Shown piece after piece: positions 8,848-17,427 of a DNA stretch of 37,008 bases. How positions within the stretch are numbered: position 1 is the first letter of the stretch; each line of letters begins with the position of its first letter. The notes under the pieces are model-generated. The model was given only the letters and a program-made list of their open reading frames with translations. It did no database searches and was not told where the DNA came from. The position numbers and the translations under genes were made by a program. Source of the stretch: an uncultured Candidatus Saccharibacteria bacterium (lineage in GTDB: Bacteria > Patescibacteriota > Minisyncoccia > Phycocordibacterales > PALSA-1337); NCBI GenBank assembly GCA_964602725.1, contig CAZRRZ010000003.1, positions 1-37,008 on the forward strand. The letters are read 5' to 3'.

Positions 8848-9738
8848 CTATAAACCGTCGATCGTTACAGAACTTGAATCGTATTTAAAGGTCATGCCGA
8901 TTACAGTTCCAGTAGACGGGGCCGCTGCCGCAAGTGACATGCTGCCCGATGGAGTTCCAGCGCTCGCCGCAACAATCCCACCGTTTACACCGCTACCTGC
9001 AACCGTGATATCCGATCCAGTGTTAGCGCCAAGTAAGTTTGTGCCAGCGTTAACGCGAGTGGTAGCTCCATCAACAACCGCAGCATCTTTCAACAACAGA
9101 TCATGCGTATGTGTTCCAAGTGCCGAACCTGTGAAAGTTGCGCCAACAAATTGAACCATCAGCCATGCGCCACCGTTAGTTGCTATGTTTGAGCTTGCAA
9201 TCATGGTGTTTGCGGAACCAACCATCTCAACACCAAGGATTCCGGAAGTTGTTGGGGTGGAAACTCTAGATGTTGAAGTGTTTGCACCAGCGCCAACCAC
9301 TGTAGCAATAAACGAAACGCCAACCGCCGGAGTAATGCCGGCAGGAACGCCAATTGCTAACCATTGTGCAAGCGTCGCATTTCCGAGCGTGCTGATAACG
9401 TAGGGCTGACCAACAGTCAAAGCCGAGTTGTCAATCTTGACGGATCCGGTAACTGGGGGTTGAGCTTGAGCAAAACCGCTCAGGTAATAATTGAAATTAT
9501 TTTTGAATTGAACAAGAGCATATCCATTTGCAGGATTTGGATTCAAATACCCATCATTGGATGCTGGGGTTGTGGATGTATGCATGAAAACGTTGCGAAT
9601 ATATCCATTGGACTTAACAGAAGTTACGCCCAGTCCGTTAGACGGGGTGACTGTGAAAGTTAAATTGACATCTGTAGGTTTTGCAACGTTGGTATAAAAT
9701 GATTTGCCGTTAAGGCCAAAACCGCGAGGAATTGACAT
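8848..9738 (-). CDS. Abundant structural protein, 296 aa (capsid decoration/cement or other major virion component?)
   Basis: An AAGGGA RBS precedes the start. The gene has its own roughly 120-nt leader and lies between two terminators directly after the capsid gene, which suggests high expression. The protein is beta-rich and G/T/S/A/V-rich. Confidence 0.5.
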   Translation of the reverse strand: MSIPRGFGLNGKSFYTNVAKPTDVNLTFTVTPSNGLGVTSVKSNGYIRNVFMHTSTTPASNDGYLNPNPANGYALVQFKNNFNYYLSGFAQAQPPVTGSVKIDNSALTVGQPYVISTLGNATLAQWLAIGVPAGITPAVGVSFIATVVGAGANTSTSRVSTPTTSGILGVEMVGSANTMIASSNIATNGGAWLMVQFVGATFTGSALGTHTHDLLLKDAAVVDGATTRVNAGTNLLGANTGSDITVAGSGVNGGIVAASAGTPSGSMSLAAAAPSTGTVIGMTFKYDSSSVTIDGL

Positions 9739-9858
9739 AAAGTTGTCCCTTTATTTAACCAGAGATTTCTCTGCGGGTAGCTCTGGACCACTTGCCCGCC
9801 AGTATGACGATGAACCCTCACCGTCTTCATAATAGTCCTAGAAGCGTAGTTGCTGTAT

Positions 9859-9887
9859 AAAAAAGCCCCAGGGTTTCCCCCAGGGCT
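9859..9887 (-). terminator. Rho-independent terminator after the major capsid gene
   Basis: The minus-strand RNA AGCCCUGGGG-GAAA-CCCUGGGGCU forms 10 bp, including two G-U pairs that exist only on this strand. It has a GAAA tetraloop and is followed by UUUUUU. Confidence 0.7.
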
Positions 9888-9907
9888 CTAAACTTAAAGT
9901 TTACTTA

Positions 9908-11215
9908 TTAAGCGCTCAAAGCAACTTGCATGTTGTAGCCAGGTGCCGAGTTGATCAGATTGCCGTAGTAAGCAATACGGATCTCAAGAGCATCAGCGTT
10001 TCCAACGCGCAAGCCTTCCAAACCTTCCATACCGTAGGTAAGGATGTGAGGAGCTTTTCCGAGGGTACGAAGTTTCCACGTATCCATCGTCAAGCACCAT
10101 GCGGTTTGAGCTTGGCAGCTACGATCAGCAAGAACTGGGATCTTACCGTAAGCAGAATGGAAGTGGATTGCTTCGAAAGCAACTTCAACTTCATCGTGCT
10201 CAAGTTGCACGTATTGAACTTTCGCGCCAAGTTCATTGATCAGCGTCGAGTAGCTGACAAAGTCAAGGACGATAAGGTCAAACGATGCACCTTCGCGGTT
10301 ACCGAATGCCAAAGCATTGGTGATACCTTCGGAGATCGATTGGCTAGAAGCGTTGTAACGAAGACCGCCCAAACGGGTAGGATCTGCGGAACGGTTAACG
10401 CCCCAGAAGTTATCAGTAGAAGGAGGATCTACAGCTGGAACCCAAGCTGCGAGTCCGGACATTCCAAGCATACCCGCGATCGTGCTAGATCCGCCGATAC
10501 CGATGTCACCAAGCACTTGAAGGAAAGTACCAGCAACCCATGAAGTTTGTGGAGCGCCTTGAACAACAACACCAGTAATTGCGCCAGTTCCACGATTCAC
10601 CGAAGTGATTTGGATAGCGTCAATTGTTCCAGGAGTGTTTTGCAAAGCAGCGCCGCCATCCGTAGCAGAGCCTTGGATAGTCATGCCAACTTCGAATTGA
10701 ACCACATTTTGTGGGTTCGAAAGTGTAAAGCTGAGGTTAGGAGCAGAATAGACAGGTGCGGTTGCAGAGATTGCGCCGCGGGTTGCTGTTCCACCGTAAA
10801 ACAATTCGAAAGCCATGTTGTTGGAGATGTTGCGGAAACCGTTATCAAGAGTACGGCTAGCTTCATCAACAAATGCACCAGCATTCGACTTGGTTTGTTC
10901 CATCAAAAGGTTTGTGATGGTGACAAGTTGGTAATCTTGAATAGCGTAGACGAAGTACGAAACAACGTCAGAAGCTGTTTGCTGATTCTGGGCGTTAGCA
11001 AATGTATGCGAACGTCCTTGTGGGTTGCCGTATTCCAAAGGCACTGGAATGTATTTACCAGCAAATCCGTCTGGGCTTTCATTCTTAGGAACAAGAGCCA
11101 AAAACGGGTTTTTGGAATACACGATATTTTTCATGTAGTCTTTGTCATCTGTATATAATTCTTTTAATGCGGCTAGCTGGTTAGAGCTATTGGCATATAC
11201 TGGAGCGATTGCCAT
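9908..11215 (-). CDS. Major capsid protein, 435 aa
   Basis: The gene immediately follows the scaffold gene, has an AAGGA RBS and a size typical of HK97-fold coat proteins, and is followed by a strong terminator. The two long plus-strand track ORFs here are antisense shadows. Confidence 0.7.
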   Translation of the reverse strand: MAIAPVYANSSNQLAALKELYTDDKDYMKNIVYSKNPFLALVPKNESPDGFAGKYIPVPLEYGNPQGRSHTFANAQNQQTASDVVSYFVYAIQDYQLVTITNLLMEQTKSNAGAFVDEASRTLDNGFRNISNNMAFELFYGGTATRGAISATAPVYSAPNLSFTLSNPQNVVQFEVGMTIQGSATDGGAALQNTPGTIDAIQITSVNRGTGAITGVVVQGAPQTSWVAGTFLQVLGDIGIGGSSTIAGMLGMSGLAAWVPAVDPPSTDNFWGVNRSADPTRLGGLRYNASSQSISEGITNALAFGNREGASFDLIVLDFVSYSTLINELGAKVQYVQLEHDEVEVAFEAIHFHSAYGKIPVLADRSCQAQTAWCLTMDTWKLRTLGKAPHILTYGMEGLEGLRVGNADALEIRIAYYGNLINSAPGYNMQVALSA

Positions 11216-11224
11216 ATAAATCCT

Positions 11225-12106
11225 TTATTTTTTGAGTGTCCCGTAAAACGCGGCTAATGCACGCTGCTTCGCCGTCATCGGTACGGAAGCTGTATCTTTG
11301 TTTGTTAAAGTTCTCATTCCTTGCTGGCGTTGCTGCGCTTCAGGTGCAGGTTGCGAAGGAGCAAACAAACTCTGCATCTTTTTTAGACCTGCTAGCTTTT
11401 GATTTCTTGCAAAGAGTTCATCCTCTACAAGTTGACAGGCTTCGGAGACATCCAAGACTTCTTTGCTTTCACGGTAAGTCATTTCAATCAACCTTATTAC
11501 ATCTGGAACACTTCCGGTTGCTCTCACAAGCTCATAAGTGTCACCCTGATTTACAAGCTCATTAGCTTCTTGCCTCATTTCATTGAGGACTTGTTGCTCG
11601 GCTCGCGTATCGCGCTCTGTAAACTTCTTTTCGACGCCTTCTTTAAGGGCTTCGATTTCTGCTTTCAAAGCATTTACTTCAGAGTTGCCTTGGTTCGCTA
11701 AGATCGCTTCCGTCAATTGATCATATGTAACGCCATTTTCTAGCAACACACTCAGAGGTTCAGACTTCAATCGGGCTATTTCTACCGCGTCACTTCCTTG
11801 TAACTTGGCTTCAATCGCCTTCTCTTTTTCCCGTAACTCCCTCTCCTTCACTTGGAGGGCACGCCGTTGTTTTGCAAGGGCGGCAAACTGAGGACTAATT
11901 GGCTGAGTAGCTTCTTCAGTCAAATTAGATTCGGTATCATTATTGTCCTCAATGAGTAGTTTTTCATCAGGAATAGGTTGAGGTATATCTAGTTGGCTTG
12001 TTGTGGCATTGGTTGTCATTTGAAGGGCACGAATTGCGTCAACTCTTGACCCGCCTTCTGCTCCTGCAACTGTGTTGGATGGTGCGCTAACCGGACTGAT
12101 TTTCAT
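11225..12106 (-). CDS. Scaffolding protein, 293 aa
   Basis: The gene lies between portal and capsid. The protein is highly charged and helical with coiled-coil content (KQRRALQVKERELREKEKAIEAKL; ALKAEIEALKEGVEKK). Confidence 0.65.
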   Translation of the reverse strand: MKISPVSAPSNTVAGAEGGSRVDAIRALQMTTNATTSQLDIPQPIPDEKLLIEDNNDTESNLTEEATQPISPQFAALAKQRRALQVKERELREKEKAIEAKLQGSDAVEIARLKSEPLSVLLENGVTYDQLTEAILANQGNSEVNALKAEIEALKEGVEKKFTERDTRAEQQVLNEMRQEANELVNQGDTYELVRATGSVPDVIRLIEMTYRESKEVLDVSEACQLVEDELFARNQKLAGLKKMQSLFAPSQPAPEAQQRQQGMRTLTNKDTASVPMTAKQRALAAFYGTLKK

Positions 12107-12151
12107 AACTATGAATCCTTTCGAAACCTTTACTTAGGTTTAAGTTTAAAA

Positions 12152-14089
12152 CTATGCCGCTACAGGGGCATTAGTATTGGGGATAAGAGGAGATGTTGCG
12201 TTCGGCATTGGATTAGCCGTTGGCGTTGGTCCACCGGGTGCACCAGGTCCCATTGGAGGGACTACTGGTTGCGATCCTTGTATTAACGTTTGAACCTGAG
12301 AGAAAAACTTACGGAGCATGTCTGCTTTTTCTTCCTCAAGGTTAGCCGCAAGGTAGAGGTTGATGTATTGAACCACAAGAGTAGTTGCGAGTTGCAAATC
12401 AAGGAACGGATCCGGCATGGTGTAATCACCGTCTTCCACGATTTTATCCAAGATTTGGAATATGCGTTCTTCGGAAGCGTTATCAAGCTTCTCATTTTCT
12501 TCAAGGTCAGGAGCTTTCATCAGTCTTCGGCCTTCTTTGACCGTTAACATTCCAGCTTGAACCATTTCGGTGACGGTTTGAATTCTACCGGCTGGGGTTC
12601 TAGGCAAAGAAGACTCAGTAAAGCATTTGATGACAAATGGATTTTTCAAAAAGCCCATCTGTGGAAGATTGATTTCTTTTGTTCCATCCTTGTTTGGATA
12701 GACCGTTTGATACGAGCCAGTATCTTTTGCGATGTCCATGGCGGTATCGGTAATGAGATAAGCAAGTTCAATAGCTACGTTTTCATGTTTTTTTGACAGA
12801 TAAGCAAATCTATCCGAGTTGATGTCATCATAGCTTCGGATGGCTTCGCCGGAATTTAAACCAGCGGGCTTTTGTGCGGTTGCTTGCATATTGGACACGC
12901 CACATTGACGATATCCATATTCAATAAGCTTATCGCGCTCAGCATAAAGCTCGGGAGCATTACAAGGAGCAACCTCATAGCTAGGTTTTGTGCCGGAGTA
13001 GGTTACGATAACGCCAATTTCATTATTATTGTGCGCTTTGACTACCTTGCTGCCTTGTTCAATGAACACGCGAGGCACACCCACCAAAGAAATGGCTTTA
13101 GTGATGGTGTACATGATTCGATTGATAGAAAGCTGCGTACCAAATAGCTGAGTAGCAAGCCCTTGGCCCCAGAATCCTAAGAATGGGTCTGAGTAATGCA
13201 TGAATACGAAAGGAAATTTGGTTTTATGGTAGGGCTCGTCAAAAATAATGCCGCCCATGGTTGCAATTGTGTGTCTTCCGGGAGTATATCCGGGCGCTTC
13301 TGGATCCGGACCGCTTGCAAGCTTCCATCCTTCAACAACCAACACTTGATCGGCTGTTGTGCGTCCTGAATCTGACGCATTGTCAGGATAAGATTGAGGA
13401 GTAAGAGCTATTTCGGGAGCAGCTTTTGGGTTATTGGCAAGAAGCTTGTCCCTGTCTACAAGTTTCATCTGGATAAGTTGTTGAGGATCTCCATTGAGAG
13501 AATCATTGTCATCGACATACAAATCCGTTGTCATGACTCTATCAATGCAAACCTTGTCGTTATCACCGCGGTATACTTTTAAAGCACCGCACCCCATAAC
13601 AATTGCATCTCTTAAGATTTTGGCGATCTTTTCGTAGGCATCTGTTTGGTAAAACTCTCCGAGGATAAAACGGTTGAGTTCTTGCGCAAGATGACGCTGC
13701 TTATAATCGGCACCATCAGTAAGAAATTTGGGCGCCGGTTCATTTTGAGAGAGACGTGAGACCAATGTATCAGTAGCTGACTGTATAAGATTAAAAGTTG
13801 GACGATCGTCAGGAAGAGTTTTCGTGCGGTCCATTTTGGAAACGTTGGACCCTGCATATGAATATACGGACAACCCACAATAGAGACGGATATCCACGGC
13901 CAACTGACGCATCCGGTAAGTCTGATGAGTTTTAAGGTAAGCAAGGTTTCCGCACAGTTCGGCGGCGAGTTGTCTGTCATCTTCAGCCTTCCACCATTCA
14001 GCCATGAGTGAGGCACCATTTGTACCATCACTTGCCTGTGTTTTAAATTTAATCTTTTCTGGAAGCTTTTTGGCCTTGGTTATTTTCAC
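12152..14089 (-). CDS. Portal protein, 645 aa
   Basis: This large acidic ORF lies between terminase and scaffold. The GTG start at 14089 overlaps the upstream TGA (GTGA coupling). The C-terminus is Pro/Gly-rich. Confidence 0.7.
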   Translation of the reverse strand: MKITKAKKLPEKIKFKTQASDGTNGASLMAEWWKAEDDRQLAAELCGNLAYLKTHQTYRMRQLAVDIRLYCGLSVYSYAGSNVSKMDRTKTLPDDRPTFNLIQSATDTLVSRLSQNEPAPKFLTDGADYKQRHLAQELNRFILGEFYQTDAYEKIAKILRDAIVMGCGALKVYRGDNDKVCIDRVMTTDLYVDDNDSLNGDPQQLIQMKLVDRDKLLANNPKAAPEIALTPQSYPDNASDSGRTTADQVLVVEGWKLASGPDPEAPGYTPGRHTIATMGGIIFDEPYHKTKFPFVFMHYSDPFLGFWGQGLATQLFGTQLSINRIMYTITKAISLVGVPRVFIEQGSKVVKAHNNNEIGVIVTYSGTKPSYEVAPCNAPELYAERDKLIEYGYRQCGVSNMQATAQKPAGLNSGEAIRSYDDINSDRFAYLSKKHENVAIELAYLITDTAMDIAKDTGSYQTVYPNKDGTKEINLPQMGFLKNPFVIKCFTESSLPRTPAGRIQTVTEMVQAGMLTVKEGRRLMKAPDLEENEKLDNASEERIFQILDKIVEDGDYTMPDPFLDLQLATTLVVQYINLYLAANLEEEKADMLRKFFSQVQTLIQGSQPVVPPMGPGAPGGPTPTANPMPNATSPLIPNTNAPVAA

Positions 14090-14289
14090 TGTTGTCCACC
14101 GCCTACTGCGTAAAACATCATCTGTTCAGGAGTTAACTCATCTGTAGGAATTTCATCGCTATCATTAGCTTCAGTTTTGGCAGGCAAATCACCTAATTTT
14201 ACAGATACACCAGCAAACGAGATGTCGGTGACACCTTGCTTGCGGCATATCTTAAGGAATTTTTCCAATTCTTTGAGATCTGACAGCAT
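14086..14289 (-). CDS. Small acidic protein, 67 aa
   Basis: A GAGGA RBS precedes the start and the gene is coupled to portal. The C-terminus FYAVGGGQQ resembles the shared A-x-G-G motif. Confidence 0.6.
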   Translation of the reverse strand: MLSDLKELEKFLKICRKQGVTDISFAGVSVKLGDLPAKTEANDSDEIPTDELTPEQMMFYAVGGGQQ

Positions 14290-14296
14290 AAAATCC

Positions 14297-15121
14297 TCAG
14301 GCTGGACGTGGCATCTTGTCTTTTTTCTTACGAGACATCATAATTTGCTTAACAACGTCATGACGGTCTTCATCTTCCTGCTCATTACCAATCTCATCTC
14401 CTGAGTCCTCGCCGGTATAGCTGGATTCCAAATCATCACGTAAAACTAGATCATCAAATTGGTTTTCTTTTTCATCAACGTCCATGCCGTCACCAACATC
14501 GTTAGCAACCCGGCCGCCTTCAGAATATTTGCCCATGCGTTTTTCCATGATGTGCTCAACTAAATCTCTGGCACGTTGCTCATCGTCTTCAGCTTTAGCG
14601 TTATGTTTTTCATGTTCTTCTGGAAAATCGTCATATCCAGAAGCTTCTTCCATGGCTTCGTAGTCTTTTTCCACTTCTCCGCCTTCCGCATAACCGCAGT
14701 TTTTACATGCACTCACATGACCGCCTTCTGCATAACCAGGTTTTTTGAATGCTTTTTTAAAGCCCCGAGTAGCTGGGTTGGTATCCTCATGCTCTGGCAT
14801 AGGTGTTGGTTTTGGAGCAGCTTTAATCTCCTCGGGAGTTTTGAAAGCTTTCTTGAAACCTTCTTCTACAGTCCCGCCATCAGCTAAGTATTTGCGATCC
14901 TTTTTTCCCATGCGAATCATCTCGCCAAGAACTTGCAAATGTTTTTCTTTTGCTTTAGGTAAATAATATTCTTTTTGGCTTGATTTTGAGTCACGATAAT
15001 CCTCTCCGGCTTCGCTCATGCCAGGATATTTCTCGGACCCTTCTCCAGAGACGGGCTTATGAACGCCTTTCTCATGGCTCTTTTTCTTACGCTTCATCGC
15101 ATATGCAATTGCAAGACTCAT
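14297..15121 (-). CDS. Highly charged K/E/D-rich protein with four [YL]-[AS]-[DE]-G-G-x-V motifs, 274 aa
   Basis: The motifs are YLADGGTV, GYAEGGHV, GYAEGGEV and KYSEGGRV. GFKKAFK occurs twice, there is a CxxC (CKNC), and the tail is basic (SRKKKDKMPRPA). Confidence 0.65.
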   Translation of the reverse strand: MSLAIAYAMKRKKKSHEKGVHKPVSGEGSEKYPGMSEAGEDYRDSKSSQKEYYLPKAKEKHLQVLGEMIRMGKKDRKYLADGGTVEEGFKKAFKTPEEIKAAPKPTPMPEHEDTNPATRGFKKAFKKPGYAEGGHVSACKNCGYAEGGEVEKDYEAMEEASGYDDFPEEHEKHNAKAEDDEQRARDLVEHIMEKRMGKYSEGGRVANDVGDGMDVDEKENQFDDLVLRDDLESSYTGEDSGDEIGNEQEDEDRHDVVKQIMMSRKKKDKMPRPA

Positions 15122-15124
15122 GGG

Positions 15125-15499
15125 TTACACCCCTTGGTATACATTGATGATCGATTTGATAGCATTGCGAGCATTATCAACAGGTGCTGAAGAACTGAGC
15201 ACAACTGTGATTACATCAGTAGCAACGCATTGCAACCGCACGCTTCCGCCAACAATAGGTTGTGTTGGGGATGGAGCAGAGGTTGTTAGTACTGGTGAAC
15301 CGTTCAGGTTAACCACTACAACAAGAGACGATCCGCCAGTTGTTACTGAAGAATCGTTTGAGCTTCCAGATGCTTGATAAGGAACAAAGCATTTGAAATC
15401 AACAGTAAGAAACCCAGCGGTTGCCGAAGTTACTGTGTATGTTTGAGTTCCGAGACCGCCTACGACTGTGCTGGTATTTGCTTGTAAACTGTTAGCCAT
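15125..15499 (-). CDS. Small beta-rich protein, 124 aa (virion-associated?)
   Basis: A GAGGA RBS precedes the start and spacing to both neighbours is tight. The composition is S/T/V/G-rich. Confidence 0.55.
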   Translation of the reverse strand: MANSLQANTSTVVGGLGTQTYTVTSATAGFLTVDFKCFVPYQASGSSNDSSVTTGGSSLVVVVNLNGSPVLTTSAPSPTQPIVGGSVRLQCVATDVITVVLSSSAPVDNARNAIKSIINVYQGV

Positions 15500-15501
15500 G
15501 A

Positions 15502-15738
15502 TTATTCCTCGTGTGTTAGTTGTTCGTCTTGCATTTCGTCAATATATTGAATGTGCTCAATGAGAGCTTCTAGGGAAGATTTAAGAAGGCGCTTATCCTT
15601 CTTGTGCATAGCGTCCATCATGTCTTCGCAAATAGCGTCAAGCATCTCAAAAGACTCGCCTTCATCAGGCTTTCTTTCGATAGTCTCAACTGGTGCAGAC
15701 ATGCCGCCTTCTAGCTTATTTTTAAGAAATGGAAGCAT
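15502..15738 (-). CDS. Small acidic protein, 78 aa
   Basis: The track start at 15798 is a TTG that forms part of a TTGAAA -35-like hexamer. The first ATG (15738) has AAGGG upstream. Confidence 0.5.
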   Translation of the reverse strand: MLPFLKNKLEGGMSAPVETIERKPDEGESFEMLDAICEDMMDAMHKKDKRLLKSSLEALIEHIQYIDEMQDEQLTHEE

Positions 15739-15810
15739 TTTTGACCCTTTTTGGAGAATTTTGCTTACATATTCATCCCAAATGAGTAGTTTTTTCAAAA
15801 CATGTTGTGT

Positions 15811-15880
15811 TTGATATCAGGTGATATGACTAAAATGATAACATCATTTGATATCATTTCTCCCCAATATTAGATATCAT
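15811..15880. promoter_or_regulatory. Cluster of GATATC-centred palindromes (TTGATATCA x2, AGATATCAT x1)
   Basis: TTGATATCA occurs at 15811-15819 and 15848-15856, and AGATATCAT at 15872-15880 overlapping the terL stop. All lie in the terL-downstream intergenic spacer. The same 9-mer recurs at 21708-21716. Confidence 0.35.
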
Positions 15881-17346
15881 CCCAGATCCCCTAAAGTACC
15901 TTCCATAGGCCAGTCCCCACCTTGCGTGGTTAGCCTTTCACGTTCCTTCTCCCAAATATTATCCGCTTGGGACTGATACCAATCTCTGGAACCTATGATG
16001 AGCTTTTTTTCAGCAGGTATAGAAGCGTAGTGCCATCCGCAACGCCATGCGTATAAAAAAGCGTCACACAAATGGTTGGGCAATGCGGGGTGTTCTTTTT
16101 TTGGATACTTGATCTTATCGCCATCGGTCACCCAAACAAGTGAGCTCATCTCTTGCCAAAGGTCCCTGTTGTCGGCGTTGTCTAGTATCTTTATTTTTCC
16201 TTGAATGAGATCGTTATTACAAAGTTCAATGAATGTTGCTTTGTCTTGTTTGTCTGCATACTCAAATGGAATAGCAGAACGTTGTTTCATTGATTCCACG
16301 CCTTGCTTGTTAGCACCATCGATAATGATCTTGTGCGGGGCCATAACAGGGTCTCTTTGGAACTCCTGAATCTTGGCTATCACGTCATCAAAGGTCATTT
16401 TCTTTTTATGAAATGTTTTCGGGACAACCAAATAGGGTAGGTTAGTATGATATGCCGTGAGGACAAAAGCTGAGTCATCCTCCCAGCCTGTATCGACGCC
16501 CAAAACGAAACTCCATCCGCCATCCGATAAGTGAGGCATAGCAGATGAAAGATTGCGAGACATATCAAATCGGTAAACCAATTTTTCTTCATCAATCACC
16601 CATTGGTTGAGATACCACTGCTTATACTGTGGCGTTTGCATATACTCAGGACGTTCCCGAGCTATTTTGTCTAAGGCTTCTTGCCACTGTCTTGCGACAT
16701 ATGGGTTGTCATGCGCCGTCCAAATAAATAGACTCCATCCCTTTTCTGTTCCAACTGTAATGTCATAAAAAAGGCCACGAGGAAAATCGGATGCAGTACC
16801 CAAAAGGCAAATTGTGCCAGACTCATCTTCTGAGTTCGGGTCAACCATAGCTGGACCCAAGATACCGTACACAAGATTCCTAAGATCAATACTATACATG
16901 GATGCTTCATCAATGCATACAAGTCTAAACTTCCTTCCTAAGAGCTTATTCATCTCTTTTTCATCGGCGTCAGCGCCGGTTACTGATATAACACTACCGT
17001 TTGGTAGCGTCATAGTTAAATCGGTTTGGTTAAAGCTTGCTCCGAGTTGGTATTTAACGTCGATAATTGAGAGGATGTCTTTCCAGATGATAGCTTTTGC
17101 AGATTGTCTAGTAAGACCAATGAAAAGGCAGTTGCATCCGGGATTCCTGACTGCTTCATATACAAGATAAAGTCCTGCGGAGAAACTCTTAGCGCTTCTT
17201 CTAGTGCAGAATAAAGTTTTTTGCTTTGATGGGTCTTTGATGAAGTTGACTTGGTGGCTGAACGCACTTTCGAGGACATTGGGAAGATTCTCCTTAGCTA
17301 TGAGTCTAGCTGCATATTCTTCAAATATTAGTTTTGGGTCAGGCAT
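15877..17346 (-). CDS. terL: Terminase large subunit, 489 aa
   Basis: There is a Walker-A-like CTRRSAKSFS and a Walker B RLVCIDEASMY. The C-terminal RNase-H-like nuclease acidic residues appear in VLGVDTGWEDD, IIIDGANKQG and HLCDAFLYAW. Confidence 0.9.
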   Translation of the reverse strand: MPDPKLIFEEYAARLIAKENLPNVLESAFSHQVNFIKDPSKQKTLFCTRRSAKSFSAGLYLVYEAVRNPGCNCLFIGLTRQSAKAIIWKDILSIIDVKYQLGASFNQTDLTMTLPNGSVISVTGADADEKEMNKLLGRKFRLVCIDEASMYSIDLRNLVYGILGPAMVDPNSEDESGTICLLGTASDFPRGLFYDITVGTEKGWSLFIWTAHDNPYVARQWQEALDKIARERPEYMQTPQYKQWYLNQWVIDEEKLVYRFDMSRNLSSAMPHLSDGGWSFVLGVDTGWEDDSAFVLTAYHTNLPYLVVPKTFHKKKMTFDDVIAKIQEFQRDPVMAPHKIIIDGANKQGVESMKQRSAIPFEYADKQDKATFIELCNNDLIQGKIKILDNADNRDLWQEMSSLVWVTDGDKIKYPKKEHPALPNHLCDAFLYAWRCGWHYASIPAEKKLIIGSRDWYQSQADNIWEKERERLTTQGGDWPMEGTLGDLG

Positions 17347-17353
17347 AAATAAG

Positions 17354-17427
17354 CTGGAGGAGTTGGGATCGAACCAACCTATTCGGAATTAACAGTTCCG
17401 CGCAGTCACCCTGATTGCTATCCCCCA
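17354..17427 (-). tRNA. tRNA-Asn (anticodon GUU)
   Basis: Hand fold of the minus strand: acceptor UGGGGGA/UCCUCCA, D arm GCAA-UCAGGGUGA-CUGC, anticodon stem CGGAA/UUCCG with loop CUGUUAA, variable AAUAG, T arm GUUGG-UUCGAUC-CCAAC, discriminator G. U1-A72 and G73 match what I recall for E. coli tRNA-Asn. No CCA is encoded. Confidence 0.85.

Noticed and set aside
9926-11158. Two long plus-strand ORFs (205 and 203 aa) opposite the capsid gene
   Set aside because: They are antisense shadows of a well-supported capsid ORF. They are Cys/Arg/Ser-rich, have no RBS, and their strand conflicts with the whole operon. The same reasoning applies to the other antisense or out-of-frame track ORFs inside portal, terL, the tail genes, recT, the glycosyltransferase and the protease.
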